From positions 1 to 60,348 of the forward strand of contig JAGVPM010000119.1 of NCBI GenBank assembly GCA_020052235.1: a stretch of DNA of 60,348 bases. The letters are read 5' to 3'. The position numbers and the translations under genes were made by a program. The DNA comes from Candidatus Goldiibacteriota bacterium. Its GTDB lineage: Bacteria > Oederibacteriota > JAAXVQ01. How positions within the stretch are numbered: the stretch's first letter is position 1; every line of letters starts with the position of its first letter. Under the pieces are notes generated by a model. It was not told where the DNA came from. It searched no databases and saw nothing but the letters and a program-made list of their open reading frames with translations. Positions 35,801-47,800 of this stretch are shown piece by piece.

Positions 35801-38800
35801 CAGCAACCGGCATTTTTTTCTCTGCCAACACGCGCTGCAACAAAGCATCAAATTTCCCGGCCGTCGTATTCGCATATTGGGTTAACTTGCCATTTTGATC
35901 CATTTCCGCAAACTGGGCCGTTACCATGTCCACGGCATAATGCATAGCCGCCTGCTCGGCTGCTGGCAAAAATGCCAGCATGTACCCGTTTACAGGCTCG
36001 GCCAAGCCGGCCAATTCGCTGATTAAAAATTTACGGGCCTCTGTAGTCTGCAAATCCACTTCAGCCAAATCCAGGAGCGCTTGAATAATAACCCCAGGTT
36101 GGGGATGCGCGCCGCGCATGTGCCCGAGAATAATTTTCACGGCATGGATTTCCTGGACAGCTGTCACAAGCTCCCCAGCTGGTGTTTTCACCGACAATGT
36201 AAAAACCTCGGCTTGGCCCGGTAAGACAGTTGGGAGCTGAAGGCGGCGAAAAACCCTTTCGAATTTGTGGCCATTTTGTTCCACGGGAACCACAGTTTTA
36301 TAATAGCCACATCCTGCAATTTCGTGTCCTAGACTATCCTTGACAACGACCGCACCGCGTAAATTTTCCGGTGAATGACCTTCTTGTTCAAGTTTGGCAA
36401 GCGTTCCCGCAATCTCGGCCGGCAAATCAATCCACATTTCTTTTTCTTTATGGTCTTCAAAAGACGCAACCAAGATACGCTGAACTTGGCCGCGGAATGA
36501 ACCGGCGGTATAAAAATAATCGCGTCGACTGTTATCCAATACTTCGCCTACAAAGCCGAGTTCTTTAAATGCCTTGAAAACATCATCTGCATTAAACCGA
36601 TGCCTGGCCGTATAATCGTGATCCTCGGACAGCGGCATGCGCATTTCCCAATATGACTGGCCGTTGCGCAATTCTTTTACCGTCTGCGGGTCACCCCAGC
36701 GATCGCCAAAAGTAAACCCGATAAAACGCGCCGTATCCCCGGGGAAATTTGCCGGATTTGCATAATAAGCGAGCGCTTTGATTAAATCATTTCGCGTGGG
36801 ATATTTGCGCGGATCGTCATGGGTACTCATGCGCTGCCAGTCAAAATCAGTAGCCGTAATGCCATGGCGCGCGATTGAAGGTGCGCGGTTTTCGAATGCT
36901 TCACCCATTAAAAAAGCGTTATTTTGTGAAAATACACGGGAAAGTTTTTCAATAAAGTCATCCTCAGGTTCATCGCCATGTCCGAACTGACCATAAAACT
37001 TATATGCAAAATGCAGCGCGTCGCCTCGGGCACCGTCGAATCCGGCATCCAGCCAATATTTCGCCGGATCCAAAATGTAAGCATAATCGTCCGCTTTTAA
37101 TGCTGTCCAATTCCATAACGCAAGATCCCCCCAGCGTTCGTTAAGACCATCTTTCACAACTCCAGGATGAAGATGCGGAGCGCCTAAATAACGTTTTTCT
37201 TTATCACCCCAGAGCAATGGATTTAACTTTGCCCTGAAGAACGGCAGATCAAATAAAACCTTGCCTCCGGCTTTGTGTACCTCGTCGATGGCCGCTTTCA
37301 GCTGATTATATCCCAACCACTGGGCGTGTGCATGGCGCCGCATCTCGTCATTGAAAGCCGGTTCTTTTTCAGCGGCTGCGATATCGTCTTGAGTCCAGGT
37401 ATCAATCGGCTTTTTAATGGTATCAATTAAAGCGGCTATCCGGCAATACCGTGGCAGCCAGCTTGCTCTTTCCGTTTCAAATGCTTCGAATTCCAGGGCG
37501 CGTTTATTTGATTTCGCTAAATCTCCCGCTTTAAATGCCTGCCAAGCTCCGCGCGAAATTCCCAGAACCCGCTTGCGAAGATTATCATAATCTACCTTGG
37601 TTTGTTTTTCAGGCGGTGCATGAATAAGTGCCATTAGATTGAGATCGGCCTGAACCTCGGTTACCTTCGACCAGTCAATGTCAAGTTCACTTACTGACCG
37701 CGGATCAATGGCCGCGTAGGGACTTTGGTCAGCAACGGCCATATGCGGCAAAAGCAGCATAATACCGATACCCAAAGGCTTTAAATATTTTTTGTAATAA
37801 TCAGCCAATCTGGAAAAAACCCCAATACCAGAATCTTTCGATCCGTCTTCCGAGCGCAAGGAGTATACTGGGATTGTTTCAGCAAAAAATTGATTTGTGT
37901 TGCTTCTCCACCAATTGCTTTTTTCATATTGCAGTCGCGCCCTGTCTAAGCAAGCTTGGGCGGAATCGAAACCATCGCTGCCGTCCGAGGGCATAAGATA
38001 CTCGGCCACCACGCGGTTAAATTCAGCTACGCTCCAAGTTTGTGAATAAGTACCGCCGGGAGTCTGGCGCATCGGAGCATGGGCCGGGTTACCACCGTCA
38101 AACACTTCCGGAAGAGTGAGCCTGAATGGTTCGGCGCCCCGCGGCCAACCGGAATATGTAGGCCAAGTGTCAGGATGAGTGGTATTTTCATACCATCCGC
38201 TCAGAAAATCAGCCAACCCCGTCAACCGCTGGCGAGCTGCTGTACGTACCTGATTTTCAGGAACATTGGCACCGCGCAGAACATTGATGAGCGCATCCGT
38301 TCCGATTCCTGAAAGCCATGGCCATACGGTTCCCTGGTGATATGCATGATCCTTATCTTGCGGTTCCCGATTGGTCTCATAAATCGAATGATATTGCGAA
38401 TCCCGTGGTGACAGTGTCCGGAATCCGAAGTGTGTCAGTAAATCTGCTTCTGCCGCTACCAACACCGCAGCTTGCCGGTCCCAACTCAAGAGATCCCCCG
38501 CCGCCGCGACCGCAAACAGCATATTCGGACGGATTGCATCGCCATGCGGATCGCCTTCGACCACGTCTCGCAGGACGCCACCCACAGAGGCGCGCAGTTC
38601 CTGCGCTTTATCTTCAGGGAGGTTATTTTCAGCTATAAATTTATCGGCGGTTCCTTGCCACGCCCGAGTATTTTCTTCGTTTTTAAACCAAAACTTATCG
38701 TTGAACGATTGTTTAACGCGCCCCGCAAGACGGGCGTAGTTTTCGGACTCCTTACTAGTTCCGCTCTTCTCTTCTGCAAATTCCATAAACTTAAGCGCCG

Positions 38801-41800
38801 CGTACCAAAGCGCGTTAATCTCCACGGGTTTGCCATTCCGTGGCGTGACCGGGTCCTTGCCGTGAATTGCCGCATCCATCCAGGTCGACTGCGCCGGTAC
38901 TGCAATCAACGCATCCGCCGGATCCATTTTTATCGGGTTAAACCGATCGTTGCGATAATATCCAGTTCCTTCGCTGTAATTTCGTATAATCTCCCGCATG
39001 ACCGGCATCATGTCCGACAAGAATTTTTTATCATTGGTATATTCATAGGTTTTTTTAACCGCTTGAAAAAATAAAAGCGATCCGTCGGAAGTGTTATATT
39101 CATTTTTATCCGATTCAGCGGGGCTCCAAATACGGTTTGGAATCACGCCATTTTTAACGCGGCGGGCAAAATTGCGCAGCAAAGTTTCGGCATCATCAAA
39201 CCGGCCTTCCACCAGCAATGTGCCCGGCAGCGAAATAAACGTGTCGCGGCCCCACTCCTCCTGAAACCATGGGTGCCCTGCCCAGATCTGCGGAATGCCG
39301 TTCCAACTTTTTACAAACGTACGCACGGCATTTGAACCCAGGAATAAAAGCCTGCCTGTATCCCGCCATACATTCGGCATGGTTTTCGTATCATCTGTGA
39401 TACGCCCAATTAATGGTTGGACGGAACTTGATTTCGGCCTGATAATTATTCCAGATGCCAGTCCGGGAATCCAGCGCACCAGGACTGTATTCCATAAAGT
39501 GTGGATTACCAGAGCAACCGCAAATCCGAGCACCGCCCCTGCCGTGATTCCCCAGACCGCAGCCAAGCCAAGCATTCCGAGAAGGCCCAGCGCAGCTCCG
39601 GCAAAAACCGCGGCAGCCATCAGCCCGGTTAGAATAACCAATTGCCCAATATGGGCTGCGGTTATAGGAACCGACTGATAATTTTCCGTTTCCTTGTTAT
39701 AAACCAGAACAGTCCTGCCATGGAGCAAAGTCATGGCTAGGGAGGGAATGCCCAGCGAAAGCAGACCGGTCAATGTGGGGTTGGCCAGAAAATCCGGTGA
39801 AAGCTGGAATACCCCCACGACTCCTAAAGCCAAGGCAGTGGTTTCCAACACCAGGGCAATCATTGCCCGGCCCCAATGGATTTGGCCGGTGGTTTTATCC
39901 AAAACCCAATTTTGAAACAGACCAATCACACCAAGCGTAATCCTGCGTGATTCAGAAGTGTTTTCGGTAATCCTTAAAGCAGGCGCGGATATTTTTTGAA
40001 TTCGCAGTAATTGTGCAACGAAATAGTCCAAAGATTTTTTAAGCGAACCAATTTTATCTCCAACCGGGATAGTCAAATCACTCACGTGAATACTTTCTTG
40101 GAGTGAGTCGATCATCCGAAGATAGGCTTGCGCGCGTTCATTATTTGTATCATTTTTATTCAACGTGCGCAGGAACTCAAACAACCAGCCTGCCTTGATA
40201 TGCTGCGCGATTTCCATGCCTGATCCACCGGATTTGTTTTCATGCAACACGCGCAGTGAATGTACGAGCAATCTTTTAAAATCCGTCAGCCCTTTTTTAT
40301 CGCCATTGCGGTAACCATTGAGTCTGTATGGAGTTGCGATAGCGTCGCCATCTAAAAGAGTCATGATCATACGGGTTGTGTCCGGATTATTTTCCAACGT
40401 TCGGATAAAATCATCGATTTCGGATTTGAGCGGAATTTCCTGCGGCTCATATTTCTGAGAGAGTGATTTATCATAATCAGCGTTAATAACTGTTTCCAAT
40501 TGATTAAGCAAACCCGCGAATAAATCGAACTTTTCCCGCAAACTAAAAACTTTATTATCCGCCTCCAATTCCTTCAACCACTCGGCAATCGGTTGGAAGC
40601 GCTCCTCGCCGATTAATGTGGATAAATAAACCCGGAAACTGCCGTTGCTGACATGCTCAAAGAGTGCATTAATTTGGCCGGTGAAATGAATATTATCGTA
40701 AATCCCTCCGAAAGAAATGGCTCTGAACAGCTTTATAAAATCCCTCAGGCCGCGTTTGGCCTGATGGGTTGAATACCCGCTAAATCCCGTCCTGGGGCTA
40801 ATATTGAACAGATACGGGGCTATTTTTTCATTTCCCGTCAGGAGTTCGGAAATATAATCTAGCTCCGCCTGATTGCCGGGAAAATCAGTTCTAAATTTTT
40901 GCGCAAATTCTCCTACCAAATTCCGAATCTGGGCTTGAGCCTGTTTATACGTGGTGATCTTAGCATTGTAATAAATCAACGACTCGGCTGCGGTATTCCA
41001 GGCGGTATAAACCACTGTCCCAGCAAGATGGTCGCGGCAAGCCCGGACCCAAGGCAAGTTCACAAAAGATATCGCGGCATCATCGTAATTACGGCTTTGG
41101 TCCTCTTTTTCAGCACGCATGGCAGCTATGCCGGTATCGAGCAGCATAGCCGGATCTTCTTGACCATTTGGAGAGAAAACGACATCGAATGATCTGGATG
41201 AGCCAACAGGTTCAATTTTACCCGTGGCAGGATTATAAATGCCCTCGTTAGCGCCATCGCCTAAATTGCCTTCGCCATGAAGTTCATAAATCGATACTGG
41301 TTTGCCATTTAAAAAGCCATACGCTGTATTTATCACTTGATAACTAATATTGGGGCCCAAAGCACCCGAGGCTTCCCTGACCTCGCTGGTTCCCGTGGCT
41401 TTCCAAGAGGGCGTCATAGCGCCGGTTGCGCCGATAAAACCGGCTTCTTTTAATGCTGGCTCGTAAGCAGGAACAAACAGAACCTGGTCCGGCGCGTCCT
41501 GGACACTTTTAATAACTTGCTTAAATTTTCCTTCCAGGGATTTATGATGGGGTTGCACGCGAGCCAATCCGACGAATTGGTATCCTTGCTGCGCAACGCG
41601 TTCCAATTCCCCGATGATGCGGGCATCAAATTTTTCCGGCACTAATCGGCCCGGGTACATAACATACGGGTGAGTGGGATTTAAATAAAACCCCATGGGT
41701 TTTAATAATTTTTTTCTTTCTAAAAGAGACAAAGAATTGCAGAAACTGTCCGCGATATTGGCCGCCGTCATGGAAAAAGCACTGGAATCGCCGGGAATAT

Positions 41801-44800
41801 GCGCCCGTAAGTTTTCTTTTATTTCCCGGATAAGCTTATCCCGCAATGGCTGGTCGGGTATTAATTCCTGCAAAACGATTTGTAATGAATTGCTCCACCC
41901 GTCCAAGTCCGCGGGCATTTGAAATCCCATTCCTTCAAATTGCGCATATAATTCGTTTCCAATTCGTTTTATGCCTTCTTGGTCCAAAGCCTCGGAAAAC
42001 TGAAACCGTCCAAATTCTTTAATCAAAATAAGTTCTTGCCAAGTTACGGTTTCAGGATTCCGGGGATTTAATTCTGACTTGGTAATGTACGTTTGAAAAA
42101 CATGATTGACTTTTTCCAGCATTTGGAGAACTATCGCCACCCGGACATCGATCGCTTCACCATAATAGAACGAAACGGCTAAATCCATAACCTCGTCCGA
42201 GCTGGTTTCCTTTTTTTCGGCCAAAGCTTGCAATCGCTGGATTTGCTTTTCCCTAGCTTCGGCGGGGAGTTCATTTAAAAATTCGTTCAACTGATTTTGG
42301 ATAAAATCAGCTCGTTGATCCGCATTGGGCAACCGTTGCGCTTCATTCACCCAAGTTTGCCACTGAAAACCCATCTGTTTCACTGCCTGATATTCCACAA
42401 ACCTCGTTTTTTCAGAGGCATAACCTGCGCTTTTTAATTGTTGAATGATTTCGCGGCCGTCTTTATCCTGGTTTAACTCATTTTTTATCTCAATAAGGGT
42501 TCCATAAGCTTTTTTCACAGGCTCCAAAGTATGGTCCACATCATCGCCATTCGCAATGGAAACTGGCAAAGCTTCATGATCGCCAATTTTACTTATAATT
42601 TCACGCATCTCATTTGTGACAACATTACCGGTAATTTGAACAAGGTCAGCATAATGCATAATAAAATTTCTTTGATTTTGGCTCACATACCGGCCGCCAT
42701 GGGGTTCGCCGTCATTGCCCGCGGATAAACCAAACCCGCTAATATCGACTCTTTCATTCGCGTAACTTGCCTGGGCGGCAATACGCAGCGGAATGCCGGC
42801 GTCTTCGCAATAAATTTTAAAATCCTCGAAATTCCAAAAAAATTGCCGGTTGCCATACGTGTGGGAATCCATCACGGAAAGACCGGTTTCAAACCCAGGA
42901 TACGCGGCGACTAAAGCGGTTTGGCCGTCATTGGCGATGATATTATTTTTTTGGTAGGACGAACCTAATTTTTTCTTAAGTTCTTGATTGCGCCGCTCAA
43001 TCGCAGTGGTAAATGCTTTGTATAAGAAAAAATTCGTTTCCATTTCCCCGTGAGGATTGTGTTGGCTGCCATAAGCGTATAAAACCGGCAAAAATTCAGG
43101 TTGTTCTATAAAACTAACCCGGACACCGTTTTGCTTATAATAGCCTTCCTTTACTTTCACTTCATATTCTTCATATTCAACCACCGGTTTGTTATCCTGG
43201 TATTCTTTGAAAGGCCTGCCGTTAAAGCATTTGGGCATTTTAATCTTAAAGGTATCAACTACTCGGGGCTCATCCACCCATTGGTACGCACCGTCTTTTC
43301 CGCTTACTTGCGAAACGCCTTTCAACCCCAGCGATCCTAAATCAATCGGTTCTTTATGCCCCGCTGAATTAACCTGATGGGGATAGGAAACAGTCCAGAC
43401 GGTTTGCTGGGAACCAAAAGGATCGCGGGGATCTCGAATCTTCGCATTCCAGTCTATTCTCGTAGCAAATAAATTTTCAAATCCGTCCATAATGGTCTTG
43501 ATCACATGGGACAAACCGCCACCGGTCGGAAAAATTTCCGCACTAATCAAATCCAAGGGACGGCCCTGCAATTCCCGCAAAGTCTGAAACCAACTACTGG
43601 GAACTTTCTGGTACATGAGCAGGGTCTTGAGCGCCAGGGTGTTGTTGTGGAAATCGCTAAAATGATTTTGCATGGTATTCAGCAGCAAATCATGGAGCTG
43701 CGGGCCGGTTCCCGGGATGAATCTCAACCGCACCACAGCATGTAAAAAGGGATAGTATGGTTCGATCATATCAAGCGGAAACACATTTCTTAACTGTTCA
43801 CCCATCTGATCTAAAAAGGTGATTAATTCTTGCTCCGCCGAGGTTTTTTCAAGCAAGCCGGCGTTATTTAATTTATTTAACCGTTCTTCCAATTGCTCGC
43901 GGTATTTGGTCCAATCTTTTGATTTTATGAGGTCAAGATAAAATTCTTTTTGTGAGTCCGTTAGTGCTCCGGATTGTGGCTGGGGGCCAAACCCAGGAAG
44001 CCAGCTTTCCTTTTCGCCCACCATAGCGGCGGCCAAACGTCCGCTGCTGTTCGGGACCAGCAGTAAATTCCAGAGGGTGTGGATAGCAAGCGCGGCCAGG
44101 AAACCGAAGGCCGTACCGAGGGCAAGGCTGGCGGCCAAAGGCAAACCAGCAATTCCCGAGATTCCAGCCAGAATGCCGGCGGTGATCACACCCGACATGC
44201 CCACGTGAACAGCCAGCAGGGACAAATAATGATACCATTTCGAGGTAACTTTTACATACCGGCCACCCATATATATAACCGATTCCCGGCCATGAAAAGC
44301 CGCCATCAAAGCAGCCGGGGCCGCTATTGCCGTAAATTTGGACAGTAAGTTTACTTGAATCCATGGAGTTCCGCCAGAGCCCACCAACGCCAGTGCCGCA
44401 AACACCAATCCCGTAAGCAACAACCCTTCCAACACAAGCGCCACCGCAGCCCGGCTCCCATGCAACTGGCCGGTGGTCTGATCAATCACCCATTCGCGAA
44501 GACTGGGGATAATGGCAGGCACGGCGTTTTGCCGGAGCGCAGTAACGGCCAAGCCCCACAGTCCGCTTGCCAAAGCGAGCATTTCGGCCCAGGTGGCCCA
44601 AAACTCCGAAAACCGGCCCGGGCGCTCCTCGTGGGTGCGTTCGTGCATCTGCACGGCGTTGCGCAATACATTGACCAGCGGGCTCTTGGAATCCTTGGCT
44701 AAACTTTCATATAAAAATTTCGTGGGTGACGCATCCAGGGGAGTGATTGCCAATTGCACGGAATTTTTCATCCAGGACCAGACGGTCTTCAAACGCGATC

Positions 44801-47800
44801 CGTCGATCAGCTCCGATTTCTCCACGGCGAAAATATACAAAAAGTCCAGCAACCCGCCCGTCAGCAACATATTAAAAGTTACTATCCCCGGGACAAACGT
44901 GGGTAATGAAAGAATTGCGCCGTTGGTTAACCAGGTCACGAACGTTGTTACCAGCGTGACCACGGCGCTGGCCAACCCCGAAATACCCAAAACCACGGGC
45001 ACCGAATGCACGGTTTTTGCCAACCCGCGGTTTAAAATCTCCTCGACCAGTGCATCCACCATGCTGCTGACCAATTCCTTGGGTTCGTGTCCCATGAGCA
45101 CCACGGCCCCCTCGGGCGGCCTGGCCAACGCCGCTCCGATCTTGCCTTCAGCCACAATGGGCCCCTGTACCGGATTGATCCAAAACTTCACATCCGCATT
45201 GGGCAACCACTGACTAGCTGCCTGCCCCACCAGAATGACCCGCTTGCCCGACATGTTCGAACGGATAAGGCGCTCAACATACATCTGCGCTTTGGCATTC
45301 CGGGCAATATAACTCAGCAAATTCTTCGCATCCATATTCTCCAGATAGGGCCGAATATCTTTGCCTTGGTAAAAAATCTGCTCGCCTTTAAAACTTAATT
45401 TCAAGGAACCTAAAAATTTCGCAAGCTTGGTCTCGTCCGTAACCTGAATGCCTTCGGATTGGGCCACCCAGGCCAGTGCGCGGAAGATCATGCCCAAATC
45501 CAGAATCCGGTAATTCAAATGAGCGCCTAGTAAACGGGCCGCATCGTATTTTTCGCGTCCCTGGGATCCATCGACGGTAATCAGCCACGCCAATTCCTGC
45601 AGTTTATTCTGCTTTTTCACCACATATTTGGGACGGGTCAAGGCATCATAGAGGATACCCAACTCGGAGGTGAAAATTTGCACTTCACCGCCAAACTCCA
45701 AGTTCGCACTGGCCCCCAACCGGATCTTTAAATCCATATATTGGTCTTGGGAACCCAAGGTTACTTTATAAACACCTGGTTGTACTTCCAAAACCTTGGC
45801 ATTTTTCCCATACACGCCGTTAAACTCCGATTCCTTGCCTTCGGGAACATTCGATACATTTTCCAACACCACATAACCGGATGCGCGTAAATAAACCACC
45901 AACTGCGTCAACAACTGTCCAAAATCCACATCCCCCCGGACGCGCAACGACACGCCCACTACATCCTGAACAATCCGCATGATGGTCTCGTTATTGAAAT
46001 CACCGAGGGTAAACTGGTCCGGTTGTTTGGATGGATAGTAGCGATGCCAGTTGGCGCGCATATTCTCATAAATGGAGTACAAAGTCTTCGTACGTGCCCG
46101 GAGGCTTTCCGCTCCCACAAATTCACCCGGAACCACGGCCGCCGTTCCTTTTAATTGAAAGCTTAAAAGTTGGTCCTCTAAAAGACGACGTTCCTTCTCC
46201 CGGCGATCCGGCTGGATCAGGGAGCGCAAATGCCTGACCAAACTCCCTTGTGACTCATAAAACTTTTTCTCGCGTTCATCGGCAAAACGATTGCCCCATT
46301 CCTTGATCACACCGGCAAACAAACGCTGCAGAAGGCCGCTCTCCGGGCGCTGCTCCACCCGGCCACGGATGCGCTTAACGACCTCAGCCAAGGTCTTCAG
46401 GTCTAATTTCTCAAAAGTGCCGGGCTCCAGACGGTAGCGCCGCATGATCTCAAACGCCGCTGCGTTGGCCTCATCTTCATCCTGCGCCTCCAACTGTACG
46501 GTCAAGGTCATGAGCTGCCGGTGCCGAATTGATTCCAGCAGGGCTTGATATTGAGCAAACGCGTCCTGAGCCGCGGCCAGCCACTGGTTCAGGTCTTGAA
46601 TGACACGCAAACTAACTTCCTGGTCCGAGCCGCGGGTCCACTCTACATCAGGATGCTCCTGTACCAAGGTGCTGCCCTCTGGTTTAGCCACTTGTTCCAA
46701 GTTACTCACGGCCCAGCCGATCAGTTCTGTTTCCAAATCCCGGGCACTCAAACCTTTTTTCTCGGGATGCGCCTGCAGGTAACGTTGCTTGGCATATTTA
46801 CTGCTTGCAACAGCCAGGGAAAATGTCATCGGGAACATAAACCCATGGTTAAAATCGCTCCAGCGGTTCGGCGCGAACGCGGTGGTTCTTAAATCCTTTT
46901 CTTCAATCCCGGCCTTGGAAATTTCTTTTTCATATGCCAAACGCGTCCGGCTGGGCATAACCAACAGAGTCTGGCCCCCAGGCGCATTGAAATCGAGCAT
47001 GCCGCCTTGCCGCTGCACGGCTTCAATCAATATTTGGCGGCGCTCTATGGGCCAGGCGCGCACATCAGCCTGTATGTTTTCCACGTAGTAATAACGGGCA
47101 AAATACACTGCCACATATTCTTGGGCGGCTTTCAACATACTCATCAAACGTTCTTCGCCCTGTTTACCGCCCAAGGATTCGCCGGCCATAATGAAAAAGT
47201 TGTCCGGATCACCCAAGAAAACTTTAAACTGATTACCCAGCTGTTTTTGCAACAACAACAACGCTTGCTCTTTAACAAACTGAGTGATTGCAGGTCCGTA
47301 GATGGTGCGCATTTGAGCAATACCGTCAATAGTCCCGGCCGTAAGCACCACGTCCTTATTATCGCCAAGCAGTTTACGCAGGGCCCTCTGCCCTGTGGAT
47401 CGTTGCGGTATCTTTTGGCGTTTCTCAATGGGCTGGTCGGAAAAAGAAAGCACGGGCCAAGCCAGGCCGGGGAAACGATCCGCCACCCAGTTATTCAGGT
47501 TGTGCAGCAACGTGGCGGTGATGAAGGCCAGCACGCCCTTGCCCACCACCACGCCCGGCGTCAAATACAGAACCGTGGCCATGGAAGCCGCGGGAATACC
47601 CCAAAGCGCAATACTGAAAAACACTCCGGAAATTGCCAAGGTAACCGCCAAGGCAGCCAGCCACTGTCCGGAGCTCCACTGTTTACCGCGGTGCAAATAA
47701 ATAAATCCAAGTCCAAACACCGTAGGAATGGCCAGCAGGAGCGGCAAAGAGGCCGCACCCAGGCCAAACATCAATACCAAAGGCGCAACGCGGAATAAAA

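Noticed and set aside
47007-47798. Many plus-strand ORFs of 60-314 aa inside the two giant genes (for example 47007-47798, 44512-45213, 38472-39074, 9472-9987, 5380-5955).
   Set aside because: They are antisense or off-frame shadows of very long, motif-rich minus-strand ORFs. Their translations are low-complexity and Arg/Gly/His-rich with no recognisable motifs.
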